Source of the DNA: a virus
Length of the DNA: 64,000 bases
Strand: one strand, 5' to 3'
IMG/VR virus record: IMGVR_UViG_3300035665_000004
Span: 32,001 to 96,000 of that record
Under the pieces are notes generated by a model that was not told the DNA's origin, ran no database searches, and was given only the letters and a program-made list of their open reading frames with translations. Shown here piece after piece: positions 19,224 to 29,367 of this stretch; position 1 is the stretch's first letter; every line of letters begins with the position of its first letter. The position numbers were made by a program, and so were the translations under genes.

Positions 19224-20189
19224 ATGAGTAATTTGCGAAATAGATTATGGGTAGCAAAATATGCACCTACAAACTTTGATGATACTATCATGCCTATAGA
19301 AATAAAAGAAAAAATGCAAAATTTTGTAAAAACCCAGGATATTCCTAATCTATTACTTGCAGGACCGCCCGGAACTGGCAAAACCACATCTGGACATGCA
19401 TTATTACAACAATTGAAAGTTGATAAAGGTGATATTATGTTTATCAACGCTTCAGATATTAACTCAGTTGATGCAGTTCGAAATATTATAACTCCATTTG
19501 CAATGAGCATGAGTATTAATAATGAATTACCAATTAGATTTATTTTTTTAGATGAAGCGGATCATCTTAGTCCACAAGCTCAAGCTGCTTTAAGAAATTT
19601 AATTGAAGCAACATATAATAGTGCGAGATTTATTTTAACTGCAAATTATCCTAAAAAAATTATTCCGGCATTACACAGTAGAGTACAAACTTTTGTTTTA
19701 GAAAAACCTGCACTCGATTCAATTTTAGAAAGAGTGTTAAATATTCTCGAAAGTGAGGAAGTAGAAATAGAATCGGAAGATGATTTGGTTTCATTAATTC
19801 GAAATAATAGCACTGATATTAGAAAATTAATTCAACTGTTACAACAAAATACAATCATCAATGGAAAATCTAAGATTTTAAGAGTTAAAACTAAGCAAGA
19901 TGCGTGTAGTGAAACATTTGTAGAATATATTAACTTATTTAAAAAGAATGATGGTAAGGCATTACGAAATTTAGTATTCACGGCATTCACAGATAGTGAT
20001 TGTGACGAATTTTGGTCGTTATTCATTGATGATATTATCAAAAATAGCTCAACATATGAGAATATTGGAGCTGGTATAGATAATACCATTTATCATCTGA
20101 ATGAGGGACAAAAAAACCACGAAGTTGTTGCAAACAAACAATTAAATGTGTTAGGATTTACATTGGCGGCATTAAATGTTGGTGCATAA
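19224..20189 (+). CDS. Clamp-loader AAA+ subunit (RFC / T4 gp44-like)
   Basis: WVAKYAP, GPPGTGKTT, INASD, FLDEAD, AQAALRNLIE, FILTAN and SR motifs. Confidence 0.92.
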   Translation: MSNLRNRLWVAKYAPTNFDDTIMPIEIKEKMQNFVKTQDIPNLLLAGPPGTGKTTSGHALLQQLKVDKGDIMFINASDINSVDAVRNIITPFAMSMSINNELPIRFIFLDEADHLSPQAQAALRNLIEATYNSARFILTANYPKKIIPALHSRVQTFVLEKPALDSILERVLNILESEEVEIESEDDLVSLIRNNSTDIRKLIQLLQQNTIINGKSKILRVKTKQDACSETFVEYINLFKKNDGKALRNLVFTAFTDSDCDEFWSLFIDDIIKNSSTYENIGAGIDNTIYHLNEGQKNHEVVANKQLNVLGFTLAALNVGA

Positions 20190-20405
20190 ATGAATACCGA
20201 TTTGGTAAATACCACTTTAAATTATATACAACTTTTCTATGGTAATGGTCTTTTATTTTTTGTTTTTTCCGCAATAATAGTTATTTTTATTCGCAGATTT
20301 TTTTCTGTGAAGAAAGAAACAATAATAGTTTTAAATACTAAACGGATCGCACAGGAATATAAAAAAAAATTAGATGAAGAGTCAAAAATTAATAATAAAC
20401 CATGA
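20190..20405 (+). CDS. Small membrane protein
   Basis: One TM segment; starts immediately after the clamp-loader stop. Confidence 0.5.
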   Translation: MNTDLVNTTLNYIQLFYGNGLLFFVFSAIIVIFIRRFFSVKKETIIVLNTKRIAQEYKKKLDEESKINNKP

Positions 20406-20464
20406 TTTATCGATTCACAACTTAGAATTTTGACAATTTTAATAACCCAACAGGATTACAAACT

Positions 20465-21076
20465 ATGAAATATATCAGTATCGATTTAGAAACTACGGGA
20501 CTAGATGAAAATAACTGTCAAATTATTGAATTTGGTGCGGTTTTAGAAGATACCAATAATATTCTACCAATGGATGAACTGCCGGTGTATCACGCATATG
20601 TTACACACCCAGACGGTAATTTATTTGGCAACGTATTTGCGTTGAATCTCAACGCAGGAATTATTGAAAAACTGAAAAATCAAAAAGAATTACAAGATTT
20701 ACACAACTATGTTCCCATTGAAGATTTAGCATTTAGTTTTATGTTTTGGCTTTATGAACAGGGGTTTCAACTAAACACAAAAAATGAGGGATTAGAAACC
20801 GAATATAAAAGTGTTGAATCTATTACCGTTGCTGGAAAAAATTTTTCAGGATTTGATAAGTTGTTTCTGAATAAGGTTCCAAACTGGAACAAATACATCC
20901 GTATGAGAACCAGAGTTTTAGATCCTGCAATTTTATTCATCGATTGGAAAAATGATAATGCACCACCATCACTCGATGAATGTAAAATTAAAGCCGGAAT
21001 TCAAGGGGTTGTGACTCATCTTGCAGTTGATGATGCGAAAGATGTTATCAAATTATTGAGAACTAAATATGTCTGA
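20465..21076 (+). CDS. DEDDh 3'-5' exonuclease (DnaQ-like)
   Basis: IDLETTG, NFSGFD and HLAVDDA motifs. Confidence 0.85.
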   Translation: MKYISIDLETTGLDENNCQIIEFGAVLEDTNNILPMDELPVYHAYVTHPDGNLFGNVFALNLNAGIIEKLKNQKELQDLHNYVPIEDLAFSFMFWLYEQGFQLNTKNEGLETEYKSVESITVAGKNFSGFDKLFLNKVPNWNKYIRMRTRVLDPAILFIDWKNDNAPPSLDECKIKAGIQGVVTHLAVDDAKDVIKLLRTKYV

Positions 21077-21329
21077 AATTCCAACAGAAAACAATAACTA
21101 CTTTACATTTGCAACTCATAATTATTCTATTCTAACTGAAAAATTTTTACAGGAATTATATGAGTCTTATCCAGAAAAAATAGTTGTTTTGCTCAATGAT
21201 GAGTCTGGCAAAATTAGTAAATTGTCGTTGAACAATTATATAATGACATATTCTGTAACACCCGATAGTTTTGACCCATTATTGTTTAATAAATACATTT
21301 CGACAATCCGAGAAATATTCCGGAACTAA
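21069..21329 (+). CDS. Hypothetical protein, YPEK paralogue 1
   Basis: Shares YPEK...LxxY...SFxP..F with the next two ORFs. Confidence 0.6.
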   Translation: MSEIPTENNNYFTFATHNYSILTEKFLQELYESYPEKIVVLLNDESGKISKLSLNNYIMTYSVTPDSFDPLLFNKYISTIREIFRN

Positions 21330-21334
21330 AAAGA

Positions 21335-21547
21335 ATGAAACCCACAACTAGTTTAGATTATTTAGATGTTTTTATTTCAGATTTGAGTTTTCAATATCCA
21401 GAAAAATTACTACAATTAAATGAGTATATAGAGTACAAAGTTTCGTTAAATTATTTCATAATTAACAATTCAATTGATATTCATACTTTCAACCCAACAG
21501 TATTTAGAAAATATGTTCAAAGTTTACATAGAGATGGAAGAAAGTAA
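21335..21547 (+). CDS. Hypothetical protein, YPEK paralogue 2
   Basis: QYPEKL...LNYF...TFNPTVFRKY. Confidence 0.6.
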   Translation: MKPTTSLDYLDVFISDLSFQYPEKLLQLNEYIEYKVSLNYFIINNSIDIHTFNPTVFRKYVQSLHRDGRK

Positions 21548-21549
21548 CT

Positions 21550-21891
21550 ATGATAAGTAGTAGTAGTAATATTTGTCTAAATATAAATCAAAAAACTATT
21601 TTTGATGATGTTTTTGATAATGTGTTTATTCAAAACTTAGAAAATGTGTATCCAGAAAAGTTGGTATATCTTTTCGGATTAGTATTTACTCTAAAACATT
21701 TAGAGTATTTTTTAGAAAAAAACTCACTAACAATTGATAGTTTCAACCCAATTGATTTTGAAACATTTTTAAAAACTGGAATACCACTACCACCAACAGT
21801 TGGTGATGTTCGAATTGATTCTTACAAAAACATAGTATATGTCTATGCTAAGAATGATAAATCTAAAAATTATGAATGGGTTAAAATTTAA
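21550..21891 (+). CDS. Hypothetical protein, YPEK paralogue 3
   Basis: VYPEKL...LEYF...SFNPIDFETF. Confidence 0.6.
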   Translation: MISSSSNICLNINQKTIFDDVFDNVFIQNLENVYPEKLVYLFGLVFTLKHLEYFLEKNSLTIDSFNPIDFETFLKTGIPLPPTVGDVRIDSYKNIVYVYAKNDKSKNYEWVKI

Positions 21892-21923
21892 CGGTTGTGG
21901 ATTAAACTGAATCCACAACCGTT
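21890..21923. terminator. Bidirectional terminator
   Basis: aacggttgtggatt...aatccacaaccgtt between convergent operons. Confidence 0.75.
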
Positions 21924-21931
21924 AAAATAAA

Positions 21932-22660
21932 TTACAACCAGTTTGGTGTTTCATAAGATTTAATAATAAACCTAATGGGATGTTTTTCAGTTAATTGAAT
22001 CTTAACTCTATTTTCATCTAATAAAATTAAAGGAACAACATCTTTTTTCCAGTAATCGACACCCTCTACATCATCCAAAACATAAATTGTTGCATCAATA
22101 TCATAAGATCTCATATTATGTTGAATAATATATTCCAACTTTGGTATATCAGCCCCTAATACACCTACCGCAATAGAATTAAATTCTGCATCTAAATATT
22201 GTTGTAATGATCTACCAATATACTCATATACAGTAATAGTTACTTCACCGACAGGGGGTGTATTTTCAAATGATACTACCCCATTTGCATAATCAAATAT
22301 CCAATTAGATTCATGTGTGGTTGGAATTTTATCACCATTAATAAACAACTTCACAGTATAATTAATTCCGTAAGATGGTGGAATAAACCCTTTTATCTTT
22401 TCATTATTCTCATCAACAGCATACCATGATTTTCTACCTTGCACAGTTTTATCTTCAACCAATGATAAAAATACACGAGGATTGATAATAGATGTTTCAA
22501 CTGAAGGTGGTAAAACCGGAACTTTATCTACCCAAATTTCTTTAGCATGTTGAAAGAGGATAATTCCATCATCCTCTTCATACCATTTTTTACTATTCCA
22601 GGTATGCTGTTTTCCAGATAATTTCTTTTGAGAAAAATTAATTTTGGTACTATCTAGCAT
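21932..22660 (-). CDS. Putative virion structural protein
   Basis: Beta-rich (WIFDYANGVVSF); lies in a minus-strand late island. Confidence 0.5.
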   Translation of the reverse strand: MLDSTKINFSQKKLSGKQHTWNSKKWYEEDDGIILFQHAKEIWVDKVPVLPPSVETSIINPRVFLSLVEDKTVQGRKSWYAVDENNEKIKGFIPPSYGINYTVKLFINGDKIPTTHESNWIFDYANGVVSFENTPPVGEVTITVYEYIGRSLQQYLDAEFNSIAVGVLGADIPKLEYIIQHNMRSYDIDATIYVLDDVEGVDYWKKDVVPLILLDENRVKIQLTEKHPIRFIIKSYETPNWL

Positions 22661-22663
22661 GAT

Positions 22664-24646
22664 TTATCTCCAATTCTCAGAAATTTCTTCAATTTCAGTT
22701 ATTATACATTTATTCGTTTTCAATACAATTTCAATCAAATAACCAAAATCAGATTGTACGGTTGATAATGTTCCTACAGTCCAGGGACATTCGTATCCAG
22801 TTGTAGTTTTTGATATTGTGGCTGCACATCCAGTACCATCAACGGTAAATTCCTCTGTAAACTCAAGGGTATCAAACAATTTGTTAATATTCAACCAACC
22901 AGTAATACCAGGAAATTTAATATGTACGTCAAAATCAATACCAATTATATTTTCAGTAGTTATCTTCAATACACCGTTTGAATTTGGTTTATTATTAGCA
23001 TATATTCTTCTATAATAATACTGTGGACTAGTTGACAGTGATGAATAATCGGTGTTTATGTTATAATCGATAAAATTTGATTTTGCTCTTATTAACGAAC
23101 CCATATATTGTTGTGCATTTCCAGTTTTCAAGTTTGTGGTAGAATCCCACGTACCTACAGTGTTACTACTAACACTCGTAGAGTCATTTTGGTTAATCAC
23201 ATTAATGTTGATTCTATACTCCTCATCAACAAAAGTTTCTTTTAACGGTGTTGAATTGCCTGTCGATGGGTAAGTATCTATTAAAATTTTATGAACCAAT
23301 GTATCAGATGGACCCCATCCAGTGATAGGTTTACCAGCCTTAGCTGTAATGGTAACGTTATCAGCGAAAGTTGAAGGTGAATCATAAGAAATAGTATAAC
23401 CCACTAAACTAAATTCATGATTCCATAACGGAACTTTTAAACCTTTCATAGTTGACTTAGTGGAATTCCATTCAAGGAGATCGTGTGTTGACCCATCCAT
23501 TTTAATAGAAATTGGTTTATCCCAATAAGTATAAGTGAAAACATTTTTAGCCACATAATCAAATACAAATGAAATTTTAGTATTTAAAAAAGGAATTCCA
23601 GATAAAAATTTAGGTATTCCACTTTTTGAATTAAACCCATTAATTTTTGATGATGGTGGCACACTATTTGGATCATAAAACAACTCCATTGTATTTGTTT
23701 TGAACGGTGGGGTTGGTATCTCTGCATTAACATCGGTTATATCGTGCTCAACTCGAAAAGTGTGTCTTCCCGGTGAAATATTACAGTTTATAATTCCCGA
23801 ACCACATTGCCATCTTTTAAAATCATTATATCTTTCAATTTTAGTTATTATCAATGATCCAGTTGAACTCTTATATTTTTCTTTATTTGGATTTGCATTG
23901 ATAGATAGTGGATTACCATCAAAATCATGTGTGTCTTGCTTTATTGTGGGGTCATATCCCTGTGTAACACCAAAATAATCTCGGCTTGGTTCATTGAACA
24001 ATCCATATAAATCTACCCCTGCATCAACCAGAACTTCATCAGAATATACAACGATTTTCCCTTTATCTGCCTTACCAAATTGGCGTTGTAACTTCCCTTT
24101 AGTTACTGTACCGTCAACAGGTAATGTTGCCTTTACATTCGATGAACCAATAATATATGAAATCTCATCACCTGCGGAGACACCATTTAAATTTATTTTA
24201 TCAGGAGCTGTATCTGTCAGCGATGAGATTTTGCCAACATATTGTTTTTGTTCAATTAAAACCAAATCACCTCTAAGCATAGTTGCTGCAGGTGGTGCTA
24301 AATCTTTCAACGCCTCATTAACATCATCCATGGCATCTGAAATTTTAGTCTGTTCGGTAAAATCAAATAAGCCGTCGGGCCAATAACCACCATCCTTGGT
24401 TGGACCTAATGCGTCAACACCAACTACTCTAACTTCCATTTCTTCAGGTTTAACTGGTAAACCTGTTGTTTTATCCAATTTTAAAAAAACACCTTGTAAC
24501 TTTCCAATAGAGGTATTAAACCAAAAACGTCCTAATTTCCATTCTTTTTCTGCTGGAACAGTATCTAAATTTTCGGGAACAAGATTTTTAATTTGTGCAT
24601 TTGGACTTAACCGTAAATGTTGCTTCAATTTAAACTCAGCAGACAT
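22664..24646 (-). CDS. Putative virion structural protein
   Basis: About 660 aa, beta-rich; ATG 24646 after GGAG; exact TATAAATA upstream. Confidence 0.55.
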   Translation of the reverse strand: MSAEFKLKQHLRLSPNAQIKNLVPENLDTVPAEKEWKLGRFWFNTSIGKLQGVFLKLDKTTGLPVKPEEMEVRVVGVDALGPTKDGGYWPDGLFDFTEQTKISDAMDDVNEALKDLAPPAATMLRGDLVLIEQKQYVGKISSLTDTAPDKINLNGVSAGDEISYIIGSSNVKATLPVDGTVTKGKLQRQFGKADKGKIVVYSDEVLVDAGVDLYGLFNEPSRDYFGVTQGYDPTIKQDTHDFDGNPLSINANPNKEKYKSSTGSLIITKIERYNDFKRWQCGSGIINCNISPGRHTFRVEHDITDVNAEIPTPPFKTNTMELFYDPNSVPPSSKINGFNSKSGIPKFLSGIPFLNTKISFVFDYVAKNVFTYTYWDKPISIKMDGSTHDLLEWNSTKSTMKGLKVPLWNHEFSLVGYTISYDSPSTFADNVTITAKAGKPITGWGPSDTLVHKILIDTYPSTGNSTPLKETFVDEEYRININVINQNDSTSVSSNTVGTWDSTTNLKTGNAQQYMGSLIRAKSNFIDYNINTDYSSLSTSPQYYYRRIYANNKPNSNGVLKITTENIIGIDFDVHIKFPGITGWLNINKLFDTLEFTEEFTVDGTGCAATISKTTTGYECPWTVGTLSTVQSDFGYLIEIVLKTNKCIITEIEEISENWR

Positions 24647-24680
24647 ATGTAACACTCCATAATATTCAATTTAATTCACT

Positions 24681-24688
24681 TATTTATA
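24681..24688 (-). promoter_or_regulatory. T4-type late promoter (TATAAATA)
   Basis: Exact consensus 35 nt upstream of 24646. Confidence 0.55.
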
Positions 24689-24782
24689 CCACAACAAAAG
24701 TTAATCATAACTACTTTTTTAATTTTTATATTTTTTTGTGTATAATTTAAAATAACTAATTTAACTTTCAAAGGAAAATAAA

Positions 24783-25520
24783 ATGAACCAACAATTATTA
24801 GACAATTTGGCGATGTTACAAGATGGATTAAACGAATACATTACTAAAGATTGGAAAAACAATAGAACTGAATTAGATTTTATGATTTGCTCACATCAAG
24901 AAATGTCAGAATTAATTGATACCACTTGTGATGTTGACGGTGCTAAACATTCATTAGACTGGAAATGGTGGAAACAAAAAAGTGGTAGTGGTGCAAGAAC
25001 AATGGATACTGTTAAGTGGAATGAATTACACCAATCCGTAATTGATAACATTAAAATTGAATTAACCGATTTAGTTTTCTTCACATTATCACAACGCATA
25101 TTAGAAGATCTCACCGATCCAGATGAACCAGTGGTATTAAGTGAAAACGATTGGTTGAATTTTATGAGTATTACCGCAAATAACCTGTTACAACGACCAA
25201 GTATGTCACTAGGAATTGTATTGGAACTTTCCAAAAAAATTGATTTCAATATTGCAGCATATTACATTGTAAAACATCTTTTAAACTATTATCGACAAAT
25301 TTCAAAATACGGTGATGGTTACGAAAAAATTAAAAATGGTAAAGAGGATAATGAGTTATTACACGATATTATCAACGACATCACAGTTGAAAATTTAATT
25401 ATCGATTTTGATAACGCATATAATTTAATTGCATCGAGATTTTTTGAAATTTTTACTGCACCAAAAGAAAAAGAAATTACAATCGAATTTTGGAGAAACT
25501 TTCAACATCCTAAGAGTTAA
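24783..25520 (+). CDS. dut: Dimeric (all-alpha) dUTPase
   Basis: QEMSELID, WKWWK, IELTDLVFF, KHLLNYYRQ and YEKIKNGKEDN motifs. Confidence 0.85.
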   Translation: MNQQLLDNLAMLQDGLNEYITKDWKNNRTELDFMICSHQEMSELIDTTCDVDGAKHSLDWKWWKQKSGSGARTMDTVKWNELHQSVIDNIKIELTDLVFFTLSQRILEDLTDPDEPVVLSENDWLNFMSITANNLLQRPSMSLGIVLELSKKIDFNIAAYYIVKHLLNYYRQISKYGDGYEKIKNGKEDNELLHDIINDITVENLIIDFDNAYNLIASRFFEIFTAPKEKEITIEFWRNFQHPKS

Positions 25521-25526
25521 CTGAAA

Positions 25527-25814
25527 GTGTATCTTAAATTTCAAATTTCGGGAGTAAAAAAAAATAAAATTTCCACTGAGGAAGTAAGAATTGAAATTAG
25601 AAAAATAGAAGAATCCTTATATGGTGAATCAATGGATTATATTAAAATGATAAAACTGAACGATATTTTAAACCATAAAATTAATATACCTTTTAACTTA
25701 ATGATAAAAGCCGAATTAATATCAGGAAGCATAAAATTAGTTGGTTACACCGATGATTCTAAAGCAGTATTAGATCCAAACTGTGGAATAAATCACATTT
25801 CAAAAATACGTTAA
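25527..25814 (+). CDS. Hypothetical protein
   Basis: 95-aa ORF within the operon. Confidence 0.5.
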   Translation: MYLKFQISGVKKNKISTEEVRIEIRKIEESLYGESMDYIKMIKLNDILNHKINIPFNLMIKAELISGSIKLVGYTDDSKAVLDPNCGINHISKIR

Positions 25815-25828
25815 TTAGGAGTTTATAT

Positions 25829-26254
25829 ATGCAACATACGGAAAACTATACAATCACACATGAAGACATTGTTGATGGAGAATTTACAGAAATTCAACCA
25901 TCTATCAATGCAATGGAAAATGGTGATGAATTACGAGCTATGGGATTTAGAGATATTAGTAAAGCTGGTGATTATGAATCTCAAATAAGAGATGAAATAT
26001 TAAATTCTGTACAAATCCAACGGACATTACAAGATTATCAACGCAATTCATCCGATAAACGGTCGACTAGAGATTATTTAAAACAACATATTGATTTTTT
26101 GGTTAATGTTTCCCCAGGTAAAACAAAAAAAGATATTGTTTCCAAAATGACAATTGAACATGCGGCAGCCATTATGAAGATAGCTGCAAAAGCAGATGTT
26201 CCTGAAAAACTATTAAAGAAACATTTAAAACATCTCAAAAAAGAATACACATAA
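25829..26254 (+). CDS. Hypothetical protein
   Basis: 141-aa ORF, AGGAG RBS, followed by a hairpin at ~26266-26315. Confidence 0.6.
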   Translation: MQHTENYTITHEDIVDGEFTEIQPSINAMENGDELRAMGFRDISKAGDYESQIRDEILNSVQIQRTLQDYQRNSSDKRSTRDYLKQHIDFLVNVSPGKTKKDIVSKMTIEHAAAIMKIAAKADVPEKLLKKHLKHLKKEYT

Positions 26255-26393
26255 CATAACGTCTACACCCCACTACAAAAGTAAATTGATGTCAACTATG
26301 TTTGTAGTGGGGTAGAAATAATTGTAACACTGAAACATTTTTAGTATAATTTATTTGTAGTTGAAATTTTAATTTTTTATAAGGAAAAACAAA

Positions 26394-26708
26394 ATGATTG
26401 AATTCGATAATGGTCGAGTAACTGAAGTATTACGTGCATGTTTAATTATCGTTCAGCAGCAAGAAATGATTGATGAAGTAATTCCAGATATTGCTGATGA
26501 ATTTGGTGTTAGTAAAGGTTCAGTTAAGAAAATTTGTATGGCATACGCAAAAGATACATTGCAGAAAACACAGGAAAAATTAGAAGATGAACGGTCAATG
26601 CTCGCAAACATTGAATTATTGATAGAAGCGGTTGAAAACATATCACCTTCAGATATTAAAGAAGTATATGAAGAATCAGATTTAAAAAAACCAGATGTTG
26701 AAGATTAG
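26394..26708 (+). CDS. T4 DsbA-like dsDNA-binding protein (tentative)
   Basis: IADEFGVSKGSVKKICMAYAKD parallels the DsbA/GapR helical motif. Confidence 0.45.
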   Translation: MIEFDNGRVTEVLRACLIIVQQQEMIDEVIPDIADEFGVSKGSVKKICMAYAKDTLQKTQEKLEDERSMLANIELLIEAVENISPSDIKEVYEESDLKKPDVED

Positions 26709-26780
26709 TTACATTATTAAAAATTTTCTTTAGTTTTAACGTTAAAGAATTTATAAATTACTTTTTTTGGGAGATTAACC

Positions 26781-27188
26781 ATGCATTTCAAAGGAAACAT
26801 TATTATTACAGATCCATGTTATATTATTGATGAAGAAAATACTGACGATTGGGATGATTGTGAGTATGGTTGTAATATGGAAGAATTAGGTATCACCAAC
26901 TATATTTGTCGGGATACACTTTATGGTGATTGGTCTTGTACTGTATTCGATACTGTCAACGAAAACAAAATAGGAAATTTTTCTGCAGATGCTGGTATGG
27001 TTGCTGTTTTTTTACTTGATGAGGTTTTAAAATACAATCCACATTTCAACTATCATACCGAAAAACCAAATACCACAACACTTATTAAAAATTTTGATGG
27101 TGATGTAACTTTTGAGTTAAATGGAGATAATGTTCATGTAGTTGGTAAAGGAAACATCAATTTCAAATCAACACAAAATCAATTTTAA
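26781..27188 (+). CDS. Hypothetical protein
   Basis: ITDPCY...YGDW...ADAGMV; GGGAG RBS. Confidence 0.6.
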   Translation: MHFKGNIIITDPCYIIDEENTDDWDDCEYGCNMEELGITNYICRDTLYGDWSCTVFDTVNENKIGNFSADAGMVAVFLLDEVLKYNPHFNYHTEKPNTTTLIKNFDGDVTFELNGDNVHVVGKGNINFKSTQNQF

Positions 27189-27326
27189 TATAGAAGTAAA
27201 ATTTATTAGCTAAGTAGCAAAAAAAAATAAACCCAATTAAAATTAAAAACTTTAATTGGGTTTTTTAAAATATTTTTTTCAAATATAGAAAAGGAATTAT
27301 CTATGACTACTCAAAAAAGAAATTTA

Positions 27327-27359
27327 AACTACCTTATTCTTTAGGGTGGGGTAGTTCAC
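27327..27359 (+). mobile_element. IS200/IS605-family end-like hairpin relic
   Basis: aactacc-ttattc-ttta-gggtgg-ggtagtt-cac. The CTTTAG loop and the GGGGTAGTTCAC tail resemble IS200/IS605 ends. No transposase or nuclease is adjacent. Confidence 0.5.
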
Positions 27360-27538
27360 ATTTTCATCCCTTATATTGTATAATTACTTAATAGAAGTTA
27401 GAGAACAGTTGGTATTCATTCCACTATTTTCTCTAGTACGGTAAATACTTTAGATTACTTTTCTTCTTTCTTAGTTATACAACTTAAAACTTTCTTTCAC
27501 CAAATTTCATATTTTTAACGAAAATAACCGAGGCATAA

Positions 27539-28438
27539 ATGAGAAAAAAATTACACAAACATACATCACATGATACCGAATTGATTCCTCAAAATATTTT
27601 TCCAAAACAAAAGAATGTCTACGTTGGTGAGGACCAAGATAGAAATATAGCGATTGTACTAATATATGGTGTTATTGATGAACCCGATGAGTATGTTGAT
27701 GAACTATTAAAATTAAACTGTTTATCATCAAAATATGATGTTGTTGAAGTCACGTTAAATTCACCTGGTGGTAGTTTAAATACAACTGTTGATATGCTTT
27801 CAACAATTAATAAATTTGAGGTTGTTATTACTATTGGTAAAGGTGAGGTTGCATCTGCGGCATTTATGTTATGGGCAAGTGGTGATATTAGAGTAGTTAC
27901 AGATTATTCAATGTACATGGCTCATAGAGAATCGTATGGTATGTATGGAAAAACATCCGAACATAGAGATGCTGCTCAAACATTTGGTAAAGTGTATGAG
28001 GAGCTATTTGAGGAATGTTTTGGTGATTTATTAAATGATAAGGAAAAACTTATTGCTGAAAGATCTGAAACTTGGCTATCTTATAAAGATCTATTAGAAA
28101 GAGATAGAGTTATTAGTTATGATAAATATGTTGTTCCTACAAATCTTTATTCTGTTGTTGAATTGTTTGTTACCGATTCTGGTTCAATATTTATGAAGGA
28201 CCCTGATTCGGATTCATTCAGAAGTGTAACTCTACAATATGGTGACGAAGCTCTCGAAAATATGACCAACTATCTTTATGGTATTGCACCAATAACTAAA
28301 ATGCCAACTGAGGTACCTACAACAAAACCTAAAGCGAATATATCTTCAAGATTGAAAAACAAAAATGTAAAATCTACCGATGATACGACATCGACAAACA
28401 AAAAACCAAAAAATAAAACTGGAGAAAACAATGAGTGA
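27539..28438 (+). CDS. ClpP-like serine protease, second paralogue
   Basis: LNSPGG, VASAA (Ser) and YMAHR (His), plus a C-terminal extension. Confidence 0.75.
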   Translation: MRKKLHKHTSHDTELIPQNIFPKQKNVYVGEDQDRNIAIVLIYGVIDEPDEYVDELLKLNCLSSKYDVVEVTLNSPGGSLNTTVDMLSTINKFEVVITIGKGEVASAAFMLWASGDIRVVTDYSMYMAHRESYGMYGKTSEHRDAAQTFGKVYEELFEECFGDLLNDKEKLIAERSETWLSYKDLLERDRVISYDKYVVPTNLYSVVELFVTDSGSIFMKDPDSDSFRSVTLQYGDEALENMTNYLYGIAPITKMPTEVPTTKPKANISSRLKNKNVKSTDDTTSTNKKPKNKTGENNE

Positions 28439-29306
28439 TTTATCTGAATTAGAAATCGAAAGAGCATTAGAAATAGCAAATATACACAAAGAGGGTAATA
28501 ATATTACTCTGACTGATATTGACCATTATATAAAAAATGCTATAAGTGTTGAATTTAAATCTAAATTCCCAAATGACAATTTTGATGTATCGTGGCATAC
28601 CTACAAAGCTATTGGTTGTTTCCCAGCATTGGGAAATGCCTATGATATTGGTATTTCAATTGATAAACCAACTCATTATCTAATGCGATTAGTTGCTACC
28701 TGGCATATTGAAAAAGCATTGAAAGCATTAAAATTTGACACCGATAACGATCCAAATTTATTAAGTGAACCGGAATTTGCAAACATTGGTACTGCAGGTA
28801 GAATTGCGAAAATTTGGGCTGGTAGTAGTTTAGATCCAGAAAATATTAGAGAATATGGTGATGGTAGATGGGTAAAACCACCAAGATTAGCAACTTTCCC
28901 TGCAAAAGATGCAGATCGTGGAAGACCAGTTACAGTAGTTATTAATAATCCAGGTATTGGTAGTGTATGTTCACATCACTTTTTACCATACAGCATACAA
29001 AATTCTGAGAACAGCAAAATTGTTATTTCTTATATTCCCAACAAAAAATTATTGGGATTATCAAAAATTGGTAGATTTGTAGAATGGTGTTTAAATAGAC
29101 CTTCTTTACAAGAAGAAGCGACTGAATTAATCTTTAAAAAAATTAAAGAAATTGCCGAAACAGATGATGTTTATGTTGGGTTGATTGAGTTAGAGCATAG
29201 CTGTGAGACCACACGAGGTAGCAAACAACATAGCACAACCACTACTGAGGATTATAGTGGTGCGTATAATGATATTACATATCGAAATTCGATTCTTAAA
29301 TACTAG
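28431..29306 (+). CDS. folE: GTP cyclohydrolase I with an N-terminal extension
   Basis: SVCSHHFLPY, GLSKIGR, RPSLQE and HSCETTRG motifs; ATG 28431 after GGAG. Confidence 0.88.
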   Translation: MSDLSELEIERALEIANIHKEGNNITLTDIDHYIKNAISVEFKSKFPNDNFDVSWHTYKAIGCFPALGNAYDIGISIDKPTHYLMRLVATWHIEKALKALKFDTDNDPNLLSEPEFANIGTAGRIAKIWAGSSLDPENIREYGDGRWVKPPRLATFPAKDADRGRPVTVVINNPGIGSVCSHHFLPYSIQNSENSKIVISYIPNKKLLGLSKIGRFVEWCLNRPSLQEEATELIFKKIKEIAETDDVYVGLIELEHSCETTRGSKQHSTTTTEDYSGAYNDITYRNSILKY

Positions 29307-29367
29307 TTTGTCGACCACATCATATAATTCATATATGATGTGGTTAAAAAAATAAAGGTATCAAAAC

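Noticed and set aside
26266-26315. Long-loop hairpin ccccactacaaa/tttgtagtgggg
   Set aside because: It sits right after a stop codon and before a promoter, so it is adequately explained as a terminator.
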